Shown here one piece after another: positions 18,767-29,831 of a stretch of DNA of 64,000 nt; the first letter of the stretch is position 1, and every line of letters starts with the position of its first letter. The notes under the pieces are model-generated. The model did not search any database. It was not told where the DNA came from and was given only the letters and a program-made list of their open reading frames with translations. The stretch lies in assembly GCA_030622545.1 (NCBI GenBank), contig JAUXGA010000012.1, positions 29,140-93,139 on the forward strand, written 5' to 3'. Both the position numbers and the translations under genes were made by a program. This stretch comes from a bacterium. GTDB lineage: Bacteria > Electryoneota > RPQS01 > DYHQ01.

Positions 18767-21361
18767 ATGAAAATGCGAAACATCGTTTTAATGGGATTGA
18801 TGGCTTTGTTGGCTTCAGCCTTTGTGGCCTATGGCGTTCCAAGTTTTACGCCGGTAGTTGACGGCGTCAAAGACCTCGGTTGGGGCACTGTGCCTGACCA
18901 TGACACGAATACGGACAAGGAGCCGCTGGCATTCAATGTGGACAGTTGTTATGTGACCGACGATTCCGCCAATGTCTATATTGGAATGGCGACGGATCCG
19001 GACCCCTGGGGCGACGGCAATTCAGTTGTTTTTCACGTGATGATTGACATTCGCAAATCGGCGAGCGGCGGCACGTTTGACCCGTACACGCCGGACTCGG
19101 TCCGCTATGATATGTCCTATTTGCCGGAATACGAAATTGTCGGCGAGTGGTCCACAGATGATCAGAACATGGGCTGGGTGAGTAAATGCACTTGGCAGCC
19201 AGGCACGTCCGACTGGGCCCATGAAGAGTACAATAATACCCCCGGCAAGGTTGAAGGTGGTGGCGGCCAATTTACGGAAATTCTGCTGGCGCGCAATGAA
19301 TTTGACGGATTGGCGCAGGAGGACACCATTAACATCAGCATTTGGTGCAAACCTGCTCACTGGTATGAAGGCGGGAAGCCCAACGCCAACTCCTGTTTGC
19401 CCGAGGACACCGATTTCCCGACGGACTGGGGCGATTGCACGACTCCGCAGTACTTCTCAACTCAGTTTTTCTATGTGATTCAGACCGTGCTTGTGGATGA
19501 GATTCCGCCTCAGGTTGTGAGTGCATCGCAGGCCGGGCCAGACAAAGTTATCGTGGAGTTTGATGAGTACATGGACGAGACAACGCTCGTCTTCGGCAAC
19601 TTCACGATTGATGGCGGACTTTCTTTTAATGCATCACAGGTTCTTTCACCGACCTCCGTGCTCTTGACGGCCAATGGGAACTTCGCAGTTCAGCAGTACA
19701 CAGTGACGGCCGATGCGAATGTCAAGGATTTGGCAGGGAATTCTGTGGATCCACTCAACAACAGTGCAAGCTTTAATGCCATACTTTATGCTCTGATTAC
19801 GTTCGTCTATGTGGACCAGAACGAAGACCTGACCGACCTCTATTGCAAAGGGAGCTTCGACAACTACGGCAACTACGATCCATCCTGGGGTGTAACGCCC
19901 TTCCAGATGTATGACGATGGAATCGGTGGTAGCGATACGACCGCAAGTGACGGCCGATGGACAGCGCAGTTCTACCTGAAGCCATCAGTGAGCGACACCT
20001 TCGTATGGGGTGCGACGGAAGGTCTTGGCGGCGACTGGGCGATGGATTGCGGCGATATCAAATTCCAAGTTTTGGACGTCACACCTGGACAGGTGCAGAT
20101 TTACACCGTCGGGGTTTACGCTCCAGTGACGTTCCGGATTGATGACAGCGCAGAGGGAACGCTAACGGAATGCTGGCTCAAGGGAACGTTCAACAGTATC
20201 GGGCGCTATGAAGGCGCTTGGAGTGACTTCCTGCAGATGTATGACGACGGCGCTCATGACGATATGGATCCCGGCGATAATATCTGGGGTCTCGTTGTGA
20301 ATCTGGTTCCCGATGATTATTGCCACGATTCCACGTGGGAATGGGGAGCCGCCGACGCTTATAACGGCACTTGGCTGATTGATGGGCCCAACCGTCAGTT
20401 CGCTGTCCCGACATCGGATCCTCGTATCGAGACCTATGTGATTGTCCCGACGACTTCGCAGGCCGTTACGGTCACGTTCAATGTGGACTGTCAGTATCTG
20501 CTTAAAGTGGCTGATGTTGACTCGATGGCTGTGGCCGGATATTTCAACGGTTGGGACAACACCGCCAACATCATGTCCGATCTGGACAACGATAGCGTCT
20601 ATACGGAGGATGTTCTCTTCGACTCTGGCTCTGTCAAGTATCACGAGTTCAAATTCGTGCGCTGGTATGACGGAACTCCGGAATTGGAATGGATTGACAA
20701 CCGTGTCTTCTATATCGACGATTCCGGTCCGACACAAACCGTTGATTGCATCTGGAATGACTGGATTCCGGCACCGCCTCCACCGGATGTGGATGAACTT
20801 ACCGCATGTACATTTGTTTCTGCGGATGAGTCGGAAGGAATCATGCTGCACTGGATACCCGTCGGCACACCTCAGGATACTCAGTGGTATAATGTGTACC
20901 AGGATACTGCTGGTATTGAACCGGATGAACACATTGCCTCGGTGTCGTGGGCGGTAGCCGATGGCGATCCTCAACTGTTCGTCGGCGTCATGAGTACGGT
21001 CGATTTTCGTGCCTACGATGCCACAGGCACCAACGAAGAACCACCGAATATAGCGGGAATCTTTGAATTTAACTACCCCATTCCTCCCGTCGTGCAGGAC
21101 ACCGTGACTGCCAGCGCTGGACAGGGCATTGGTTATAAGTTCGTAAAATATGAGATCGAACCAGACAAATATGTTGTCGTGTATGGTCCCGACATCTTCA
21201 AATGCGACAACCAATACCAGTATCTCATCAATGGGCACCCGGAGCAAGTGTGGTACCTCAAAGATGACGTCGCGCCCGGACATTACGTCTTCACCGTTAA
21301 TTTCCATAACGCAGACGGCACGATTCAGAGATCAGAAACCGTCGTCGTTACGGTTGTGTAG
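18767..21361 (+). CDS. Secreted multi-domain protein with Ig-like and putative carbohydrate-binding modules
   Basis: ATG 18767 6 nt after AAAAAGGAG (track start 18743 is TTG); signal peptide MKMRNIVLMGLMALLASAFVAYG; three related ~100-aa modules (YCKGSFDNYGNYDPSW..MYDDG; CWLKGTFNSIGRYEGAW..MYDDG; AGYFNGWDN...YHEFKFVRW) resembling starch-binding CBMs. Confidence 0.5.
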   Translation: MKMRNIVLMGLMALLASAFVAYGVPSFTPVVDGVKDLGWGTVPDHDTNTDKEPLAFNVDSCYVTDDSANVYIGMATDPDPWGDGNSVVFHVMIDIRKSASGGTFDPYTPDSVRYDMSYLPEYEIVGEWSTDDQNMGWVSKCTWQPGTSDWAHEEYNNTPGKVEGGGGQFTEILLARNEFDGLAQEDTINISIWCKPAHWYEGGKPNANSCLPEDTDFPTDWGDCTTPQYFSTQFFYVIQTVLVDEIPPQVVSASQAGPDKVIVEFDEYMDETTLVFGNFTIDGGLSFNASQVLSPTSVLLTANGNFAVQQYTVTADANVKDLAGNSVDPLNNSASFNAILYALITFVYVDQNEDLTDLYCKGSFDNYGNYDPSWGVTPFQMYDDGIGGSDTTASDGRWTAQFYLKPSVSDTFVWGATEGLGGDWAMDCGDIKFQVLDVTPGQVQIYTVGVYAPVTFRIDDSAEGTLTECWLKGTFNSIGRYEGAWSDFLQMYDDGAHDDMDPGDNIWGLVVNLVPDDYCHDSTWEWGAADAYNGTWLIDGPNRQFAVPTSDPRIETYVIVPTTSQAVTVTFNVDCQYLLKVADVDSMAVAGYFNGWDNTANIMSDLDNDSVYTEDVLFDSGSVKYHEFKFVRWYDGTPELEWIDNRVFYIDDSGPTQTVDCIWNDWIPAPPPPDVDELTACTFVSADESEGIMLHWIPVGTPQDTQWYNVYQDTAGIEPDEHIASVSWAVADGDPQLFVGVMSTVDFRAYDATGTNEEPPNIAGIFEFNYPIPPVVQDTVTASAGQGIGYKFVKYEIEPDKYVVVYGPDIFKCDNQYQYLINGHPEQVWYLKDDVAPGHYVFTVNFHNADGTIQRSETVVVTVV

Positions 21362-21418
21362 GCAATAGAACCAAAGGGTGTTTCCTTTGTTCCTTATAAA
21401 GGAATATGACAAAGCGAT

Positions 21419-21446
21419 GGGCAGCTCGAGTAACTTCGAGCTGCCC
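21419..21446. terminator. Perfect 11-bp-stem hairpin gggcagctcga-gtaact-tcgagctgccc between two plus-strand genes
   Basis: Exact inverted repeat 21419-21429 / 21436-21446; no U-tract, so terminator function is tentative. Confidence 0.4.
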
Positions 21447-21528
21447 ACACTCGCTGTAGCGACATCCTCGCCGAGGCAGATCCCCCGATCTGCCCGGAAT
21501 GTTAAATAGTCTGGAGAAAATCGTGAAA

Positions 21529-24500
21529 ATGCGATGGATTTTTTTAGCCTTTTTACTGCCGGTAATTCTCTTCGCCTCGCCGGTGCATACGACGTATATC
21601 TGGCATTTGGAGCAGCCGATTTACTGGCCGGACAGAATTTCGGTCGGAACGCCGACCTATGAACGCGCGTGGCAATCGATAAACAACGGCGGCGCTCATC
21701 CCGAGAATGACGTCGCGGGAATTTTTTCGGTTGATGATAGAGTTGCAGCGTATCAATGGCGCCCGAAGGAATCCATCGCAGCGATGACCGGAAATGATGC
21801 GGGTGCTCAGGTGACGTACAGCGGCGGCCTCGCGGAAAACGTGCGGAGTCTTGCCGATGCAAGTGCCTACGGCTATACGAGTTCATGGAATACACATTTT
21901 CAAACGGCGCGCGGATGGCCGACAAGCGGCGGACGGCCACGCATGGAAATGGTGATTATCTCTCACCATCATGCGCTTTGTCCATTGATTGACCCGAATA
22001 CGCTTGAAAAAGAAATACAAATCTACCAGCAGCTCTATCCGCAGGTCTGGGGAAGCTCACCATCGCAATCAGTCGGGTTTTTCCCGCCGGAAATCGCTTT
22101 TTCCGAGCGTATGATTCCGACGTTGGTGGAAAATGGGATTTCTTGGGTCTTCGTAGGTTCGAATCATATCTCGCGTGCGATTGAAAACTTCCCGCTCGTT
22201 ATGGGAACCGGCGGCGAGAATTGCGATCCTCCCAATCAAGCGGATCAGATTAATCCTAGCCAGACGAATTGGTTTTCGCTCACCATCAGTCGCGGATGCA
22301 CACCGACCGACGCGTATCCCTATTCATTCCAGCCACATTATGCACAGTATATTGATCCCGAAACGCAAGCTATCTCGCAGATTATCGTCGTGCCGGTAGC
22401 TCAGGCGATGAGCTGGCAGGATGGGTATCAAATGTACGGTACAGATGACATCGGCGAGATTGCCTGGGCGAATAATCCGACCTATCCGATGTTAGTTGTG
22501 CTCGGGCACGACGGAGACAATGCGTGGGGCGGCGGATATTCCTATTATATGGAGAGCGTGCCTTCGTTCACCGCTGAAGCCGTTTCCAAGGGCTACGAAC
22601 CGACAACCGTGCCGGAGTATTTAGCCGATCATCCGGTCGCGCCGGGAGATGTTGTCCATGTGGAAGATGGCGCGTGGGTGAATGCGGACAGCGATTTCGG
22701 TTCGCCGGATTTTATTAATTGGAATTGGCCGCTCTATGATGCCTATGGGAACTTTGACATTGCGAACGGCTGGGCGCTCGACGAACGCAATTGGGCGGTG
22801 ATTACGGCGGCGCAGAATCGCGTTGAAACCGCCGAACAAATCGCGGGCGGTGTTTCCATTGCGAATATTCAGGATCCTTTGGCAGGCTCACCGTCGAATG
22901 CCGATTTGGCGTGGCATTTCTTTTTGGCGTCGCTCAATTCCGGTTACATGTACTACGGCGCGTCGCTGGATATGGAAGTGAAACCGTCGCTGGCCTGCAA
23001 TTGGGGTGCGCATTACGCGGATATGGTTATTGGCGGCGGCAGCGGCGATGCAACCGCGCCGTCAATTTGGGTTCCGCAGCAAATGCCTCACAATCCCGGT
23101 GCAATTGGTTACGGTTCGTTGTGGGGTTATCAGCAAGTTCATCATTCGCGGGATTTCTGGGTGTGGACATTTATCTATGATGTCAATGGTATCGAGGAAG
23201 TCACCTTTTATTATCGGCTGGACAACGACGGCGTGAATCCGATAGCATCACTTCAGAACGAAACATTCGCCGGCGGCGCAGAGGTGACATCATGGCGCAC
23301 GCTGCCGATGACGCGGCGCGATTTCCCGGCGGACAATGTTTACAGCGACCCGTCGATAAATTTTGACATTATACCGGATTACATTGCGGATGAATACTAT
23401 ATCCATGTTACCGAATCCGAAATCGTCGATTCGGGAGATGTGCTTGTTGATTATTTCGTCGAGGCGATTGATTCATTGGGATACATCAAACGCTCACCGA
23501 TACAGCACACCTATGTAGGTTCCGGCGGCGGAGCGGGGCCCAGCGATGTCGTCTGGTGGTGGCCGGAGACTCCCGAAACCGGAGAGATTGTTACGATTTA
23601 TTACGATGCGGATTTAGGCACGCTCCCTCCCGGCACCAGTCCGGTTTACATTCATATCGGTCACAGCGGCTGGCAGGAAATTCTGAATCCTGATCCCACG
23701 ATGACCTTCGATGCCGATTCGCAGGCTTGGCGTTATACGTATTCGATTCCCGTCACAGCGACGACGGTCGATTTCGTATTCAACAACGGCATGGGCAACT
23801 GGGATAACAACGGCGGCGCGAACTGGCACATCACCGTCACCGTCGGAGGCGTGCCGGGCTTTGAAATGGACGGACAACTTGAAAGCTCCGCCGAGCTCGT
23901 GGGGCAAAACGGAAGTTATAACCTATGGGCTGATTTCAATGGGGAATACTTCTACGTGGCGACCGACCGCGCACAGGGCACTGGCAATGACCGATTCATC
24001 TTTTTAGCTGAGCAGCCCGGTTCTATGACAGGCGCGCCATGGGGAAAAAGCGGGCAGGTTGCCGCGTGGGATGCGTACCTTGCCGAAGAAGCGGACAACG
24101 GTTGGTCGGGATGGTTCGATAACACAGGAACCGCCGCGAATGCGACCGGAGCGGTTTCGGAAGGTTCGCTGTCTCTTTCGGGAGAATACGGTTCTATCCC
24201 TGAGCAAATCTGGATTGCGTTGGGTGCTTATCAAACGTCGGATGGCGGCACGCTTGTGGAGCAGGTACCCGATGCGGTCACTCCGAATGGAAATATCGAA
24301 GCGGACGAATGGATCGAGATTAATCTCGGCGGCCCGAAAGAACTCACGATTGCCGTCGATGGCTTGGACGCTGTACTGAATTGGAACACGGCTTTCGGAG
24401 CTTCAGGTTATCAGATTCACTTGACATCCACGCCATTTGAAACGCTTTCAGAAAGCACGAGACTGGCGACTGTGACAAGTCCGCCCTACACGCACGAGAG

Positions 24501-24552
24501 TGTGCTGGCAGGATATACGAAAGGCTTCTACCGCGTCATCGCCGAATATTGA
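21529..24552 (+). CDS. Secreted GH57-like glycoside hydrolase with CBM25/26-like module and C-terminal FN3-like domain
   Basis: Start ATG 21529 (MRWIFLAFLLPVILFASPVHT; alternative ATG 21499); TYIWHLEQPIYWP (HxHQP-like), FFPPEIAFSERMIPTLVENGISWVFV (nucleophile-region analogue); VTIYYDADLG...FVFNNGMGNWDNNGGANWHI (CBM25/26 motif); C-terminus ...GYQIHLTSTPF...GFYRVIAEY. Confidence 0.55.
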   Translation: MRWIFLAFLLPVILFASPVHTTYIWHLEQPIYWPDRISVGTPTYERAWQSINNGGAHPENDVAGIFSVDDRVAAYQWRPKESIAAMTGNDAGAQVTYSGGLAENVRSLADASAYGYTSSWNTHFQTARGWPTSGGRPRMEMVIISHHHALCPLIDPNTLEKEIQIYQQLYPQVWGSSPSQSVGFFPPEIAFSERMIPTLVENGISWVFVGSNHISRAIENFPLVMGTGGENCDPPNQADQINPSQTNWFSLTISRGCTPTDAYPYSFQPHYAQYIDPETQAISQIIVVPVAQAMSWQDGYQMYGTDDIGEIAWANNPTYPMLVVLGHDGDNAWGGGYSYYMESVPSFTAEAVSKGYEPTTVPEYLADHPVAPGDVVHVEDGAWVNADSDFGSPDFINWNWPLYDAYGNFDIANGWALDERNWAVITAAQNRVETAEQIAGGVSIANIQDPLAGSPSNADLAWHFFLASLNSGYMYYGASLDMEVKPSLACNWGAHYADMVIGGGSGDATAPSIWVPQQMPHNPGAIGYGSLWGYQQVHHSRDFWVWTFIYDVNGIEEVTFYYRLDNDGVNPIASLQNETFAGGAEVTSWRTLPMTRRDFPADNVYSDPSINFDIIPDYIADEYYIHVTESEIVDSGDVLVDYFVEAIDSLGYIKRSPIQHTYVGSGGGAGPSDVVWWWPETPETGEIVTIYYDADLGTLPPGTSPVYIHIGHSGWQEILNPDPTMTFDADSQAWRYTYSIPVTATTVDFVFNNGMGNWDNNGGANWHITVTVGGVPGFEMDGQLESSAELVGQNGSYNLWADFNGEYFYVATDRAQGTGNDRFIFLAEQPGSMTGAPWGKSGQVAAWDAYLAEEADNGWSGWFDNTGTAANATGAVSEGSLSLSGEYGSIPEQIWIALGAYQTSDGGTLVEQVPDAVTPNGNIEADEWIEINLGGPKELTIAVDGLDAVLNWNTAFGASGYQIHLTSTPFETLSESTRLATVTSPPYTHESVLAGYTKGFYRVIAEY

Positions 24553-24556
24553 AATT

Positions 24557-24632
24557 CCCCCCGCGTGCGGGGGGATGTCAGGGGGGTCTCCTTATAAATC
24601 CGCCGCGAGTGGGTGCCTTGAGCCTCTCGCGA
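24557..24632. terminator. GC hairpin (ccccccgc-gt-gcgggggg) 5 nt after stop, followed by REP family-2 hairpin (cgccgcgagtgggtgcc..ctcgcg)
   Basis: Inverted repeats read directly; family-2 17-mer identical to 12098-12114. Confidence 0.45.
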
Positions 24633-24728
24633 CAAGAAGTGAAGCCAAAATTTCTACGGCTCTGAAAAACAATTTCCAGAGCCGTTTTTTATGCTTTCAG
24701 AAAATATTTAGAGAAGATTGAGTCTTTA

Positions 24729-24757
24729 TTGACATTTGGCAGGAAGCGTGGTATATT
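24729..24757 (+). promoter_or_regulatory. Sigma70-type promoter TTGACA-17-TATATT with extended -10 (TGg) upstream of GH31 gene
   Basis: ttgaca 24729-24734, 17-nt spacer, tatatt 24752-24757, TG at 24749-24750; 48 nt upstream of ATG 24806. Confidence 0.55.
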
Positions 24758-24805
24758 AAACTATCGATTTGCTGTAGTCGAATATTCCCTAACGAGAGTA
24801 TAGAA

Positions 24806-27223
24806 ATGGTTTATCGAAAACATCTCACAATTCTGTGTTGTCTGTTGCTTGCTGTTTCCGCAGTACAGGCAAATTACACCTTCTTAGGCAACGTGGACAG
24901 CGCGAAGGTCGAAACATCAGGTTGCGTGCTCTATTGCGAAGGTGGCAACAATGTGCAGATTACTTTTCTAAAAGAGAATATGTTTCGCTATACATTGCAT
25001 CGCGCGGAATACTCCGAGCCTCTGTTAGAATATCCGCTTGTGAAGACGCAATGGGATGGTGTTCAAGTAGAATATTTAGAAAATGATTCGATAATCACAT
25101 TAACATCGAGCGAACTCAGGATTGAAATTCAGAAAATTCCCTGTCGCATCGTCGTTAGAAATAGCGAGGGAGAGATTTTATCCGCGGATGATCCGGGTAT
25201 GGGTATTGGCTGGGACGGAAAAGAGGTTCGTTCGTGGCGCACAATAGCACCGGATGAGAAATTCTTCGGGCTGGGTGAGAAAGTCGGACCGGTGAACAAA
25301 CGTGGCCGCGAATGGGTGATGTGGAACGATGATTATCCGGGCTACGACGACCGCACCGACCCTCTCTATCAATCCATTCCTTTTTATATCGGTCTCCGCG
25401 ACGGCAACGCTTACGGAATTTATTTCAACAACAGCTACCGCACGACGTTCAATATGGGCGCGGGCAATCGGCGCTATATGTCGTTCGCGGCTGAACAAGG
25501 AAATCTCGATTATTTTTTCATTTGCGGACCTGAAATCAGTAGCGTGGTTGAAACGTACACTGAACTGACCGGACGCACACCAATGCCGCCGATGTGGTCT
25601 TTAGGGTATCAGCAATGTCGCTACAGTTATTTTCCTGACAGCGAAGTTTTGCGCATCGCAAAAACGTTTCGAGAAAAAAAGATTCCGGCGGACGTGATTT
25701 ATCTCGACATTCATTATATGGATGATTATCGCCTGTTCACATTTCATCCTGAGCGATTTCCCAAACCGCGCGCGTTGATGAATGAGCTTGAAGACATGGG
25801 CTTTAAAGTCGTCACGATTATTGATCCGGGTATCAAAGTTGATGATGAGTATCGCGTGGCTCGGGAAGGATTAGCCGGAGAGCATTTCGTGTGTTATCCC
25901 GATGATGAAATCTATATCGGCGAAGTGTGGCCGGGGCCGTCTTATTTTCCCGATTTCAGTCGCGATGAAACGCGCACATGGTGGGCGGGATTGCTCGATG
26001 AATTTTACGATACCGGCATCGACGGATTTTGGAACGATATGAATGAACCGGCGGTATGGGGAAAAGCATTTCCGCAGGAAGTCATTTTCAACGATGACGG
26101 AATTTTCTCGAACCAGAAAAAAATGCACAACCTGTACGGATTTCTCATGTGTCGTGCGACGACGGAAGGGATGAAACGTTTGCGCCCGGAGGAGCGGATG
26201 TTCGTTTTGACACGAGCGGGATTCGCCGGCATTCAGCGTTACAGTGCGGTCTGGACGGGAGACAACGTCGCCAGCGAAGAACATCTCGAACTGGGCATTC
26301 GCATGATGCTCGGGCTGGGACTTTCAGGAGTGCCGTTCGTCGGAATGGATGTCGGCGGTTTCATGGGCACGCCGTCGCCGGAACTTTATGCACGGTGGAT
26401 GCAGGTCGGAGCGTTGTCGCCGCTGTTTCGAGGACACACAGTGTACAACAGCAGCGACCAAGAGCCGTGGTCGTTCGGCGATGAAGTCGAACGCATCAGC
26501 CGTGAAGCAATCGAATTGCGCTATCGATTGTTGCCGTATATCTATTCGTTGTTCTATGAAGCGAACCAAACCGGCGCGCCGCTATGGCGACCGTTGTTCT
26601 GGTATGACACGGACGACAATCGAGTGTATGACTGGGCATTTCAGCACGAATTCTTCGTCGGAGAAAAGCTCTTGGCGGCTCCGGTAACGCGCGATGGGCA
26701 ATATGTAAAAAAAGTTTATCTGCCTAGAGGCAAATGGCTGGATTGGAATACAGAGAAAGTGTATGACGGCGAACAGGAAATCTATGTGGATGCGCCGTTG
26801 TATCGGTTACCGTTGTTCCTAAGGGAAGGCGCAATCATTCCATCGAGAGAACCCGAACAGTTCACGGGTGAAAAGCCTCTGACGAAATTGATTCTCGATG
26901 TCTTCGCAAGTGAACAGCTATCAGCATTCGAATACTATGAAGACGACGGCAAGAGCTACGATTATTTGAACGGAAGCTACCGCCTTACGGAATTCAGTTG
27001 TATAAAAACCCAGAGTGAATTGCAGTTCGAAAAACAGCGCACACATGATAATTACAAAGCTCCCAAGCGCAATTTAGAAATTCGTTTTCATGCTGTAGTA
27101 GAGCCGAGCGAAGTTCTACTTGATGAGCGAGTAATAGATGATTATCATTACGATGCTCAAAAACAAATTCTAACGATTTCAATTCCCGATAAAGGGAAAG
27201 AACAAAAGTTGCTCATCCGGTAA
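24806..27223 (+). CDS. GH31 alpha-glucosidase, secreted
   Basis: Signal peptide MVYRKHLTILCCLLLAVSAVQA; GH31 motifs DVIYLDIHYMDDY, GIDGFWNDMNEP (catalytic nucleophile region), VWTGDNVASEEHL. Confidence 0.85.
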   Translation: MVYRKHLTILCCLLLAVSAVQANYTFLGNVDSAKVETSGCVLYCEGGNNVQITFLKENMFRYTLHRAEYSEPLLEYPLVKTQWDGVQVEYLENDSIITLTSSELRIEIQKIPCRIVVRNSEGEILSADDPGMGIGWDGKEVRSWRTIAPDEKFFGLGEKVGPVNKRGREWVMWNDDYPGYDDRTDPLYQSIPFYIGLRDGNAYGIYFNNSYRTTFNMGAGNRRYMSFAAEQGNLDYFFICGPEISSVVETYTELTGRTPMPPMWSLGYQQCRYSYFPDSEVLRIAKTFREKKIPADVIYLDIHYMDDYRLFTFHPERFPKPRALMNELEDMGFKVVTIIDPGIKVDDEYRVAREGLAGEHFVCYPDDEIYIGEVWPGPSYFPDFSRDETRTWWAGLLDEFYDTGIDGFWNDMNEPAVWGKAFPQEVIFNDDGIFSNQKKMHNLYGFLMCRATTEGMKRLRPEERMFVLTRAGFAGIQRYSAVWTGDNVASEEHLELGIRMMLGLGLSGVPFVGMDVGGFMGTPSPELYARWMQVGALSPLFRGHTVYNSSDQEPWSFGDEVERISREAIELRYRLLPYIYSLFYEANQTGAPLWRPLFWYDTDDNRVYDWAFQHEFFVGEKLLAAPVTRDGQYVKKVYLPRGKWLDWNTEKVYDGEQEIYVDAPLYRLPLFLREGAIIPSREPEQFTGEKPLTKLILDVFASEQLSAFEYYEDDGKSYDYLNGSYRLTEFSCIKTQSELQFEKQRTHDNYKAPKRNLEIRFHAVVEPSEVLLDERVIDDYHYDAQKQILTISIPDKGKEQKLLIR

Positions 27224-27241
27224 TTTTTAGGAGATAAGCAC

Positions 27242-28846
<1,605 letters not shown>

Positions 28847-28949
28847 TTGCATGAGGATTGACAATCAATAGCATTTTTTGTACATTAGTTTTGCAGTATC
28901 TACCATCCGAAGAGGTGAACAGGACTACAACCAGAAAAGGATTATTTTA

Positions 28950-29831
28950 GTGACACCAATTATATCAAAAAAGCAAGTCCAAAAACAATCACCACACAAA
29001 AAAATTGGCTTTAATGGACTAACACCAAGCCAGTGGGCAGCGCTTTCAAAGAATGTATGGAACGATGTAAGTTCTCCTCGCAATCACCATCAGCTTGAAC
29101 ATGGAGCTGTATTTCCTGTTAAGCTGGCCCAGCGCCTAATACAGATGTACTCCAAAGAAGGTGATTTGATATTTGATCCCTTTCTTGGAATAGGCACAAC
29201 TCTCATTGCAGCTCAAAACCTTAAGCGACACGGAATTGGCATTGAGTTGAATCCACGTTTTTCTGAAATTGCCGAACAATGGCTTATAGAGAACCAAGGT
29301 TTATTCAGTGAACAATCTAACTTTTCTGTTATTACAGGTGACTGCCGTAAGTTGAAGGAATACGTGTCTAAAAACACCGTTCAAACAACGATAACTTCTC
29401 CGCCTTATGCCAACTTCATTCATAGATCCGTAAAAGACCGAACAACAACACACAAGAATTCGATTATCACTTATGAAAACATAAGCACAGTTAAGCCCTA
29501 TAGTGATAATGACCTAGACTTCGGCAATTTGGAGTATCAAGACTTCCTAGAGCAACTAAAAACGATTCTCCATGCTAACTTTCATGTTACGATTGAGGGC
29601 GGATACTCCCTTTGGGTCGTCAAAGACTATCGAGATACAAAAAACAAAATTCCCTATATATCATTTCACTCTGATTTAGCCAAACTCGGAGAAGAAGCAG
29701 GATTTAAGTATCACGACCTAATTGTGTGGGACCAGACTGGACAACGTAGGCTTGTATTACTTGGCTTCCCAACAATATTTTACACAAACCAAAACTGCTC
29801 CTTTATTGTGGTGTTTAGAAAGACACGATGA
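28950..29831 (+). CDS. DNA methyltransferase M1 (N4-cytosine/N6-adenine class, N6_N4_Mtase-like)
   Basis: AdoMet motif ...FPVKLAQRLIQMYSKEGDLIFDPFLGIGTT then motif IV TITSPPYANF; start taken as GTG 28950 (AAAGGA SD 8 nt upstream); track start TTG 28878 lies inside a predicted promoter; AT-rich. Confidence 0.75.
   Translation: MTPIISKKQVQKQSPHKKIGFNGLTPSQWAALSKNVWNDVSSPRNHHQLEHGAVFPVKLAQRLIQMYSKEGDLIFDPFLGIGTTLIAAQNLKRHGIGIELNPRFSEIAEQWLIENQGLFSEQSNFSVITGDCRKLKEYVSKNTVQTTITSPPYANFIHRSVKDRTTTHKNSIITYENISTVKPYSDNDLDFGNLEYQDFLEQLKTILHANFHVTIEGGYSLWVVKDYRDTKNKIPYISFHSDLAKLGEEAGFKYHDLIVWDQTGQRRLVLLGFPTIFYTNQNCSFIVVFRKTR

Noticed and set aside
28878-28949. Methyltransferase M1 starting at the track's TTG 28878
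   Set aside because: That codon lies inside the predicted -10 region of a TTGACA-17-TACATT promoter and has no RBS; GTG 28950 with AAAGGA SD preferred, though the longer form cannot be excluded
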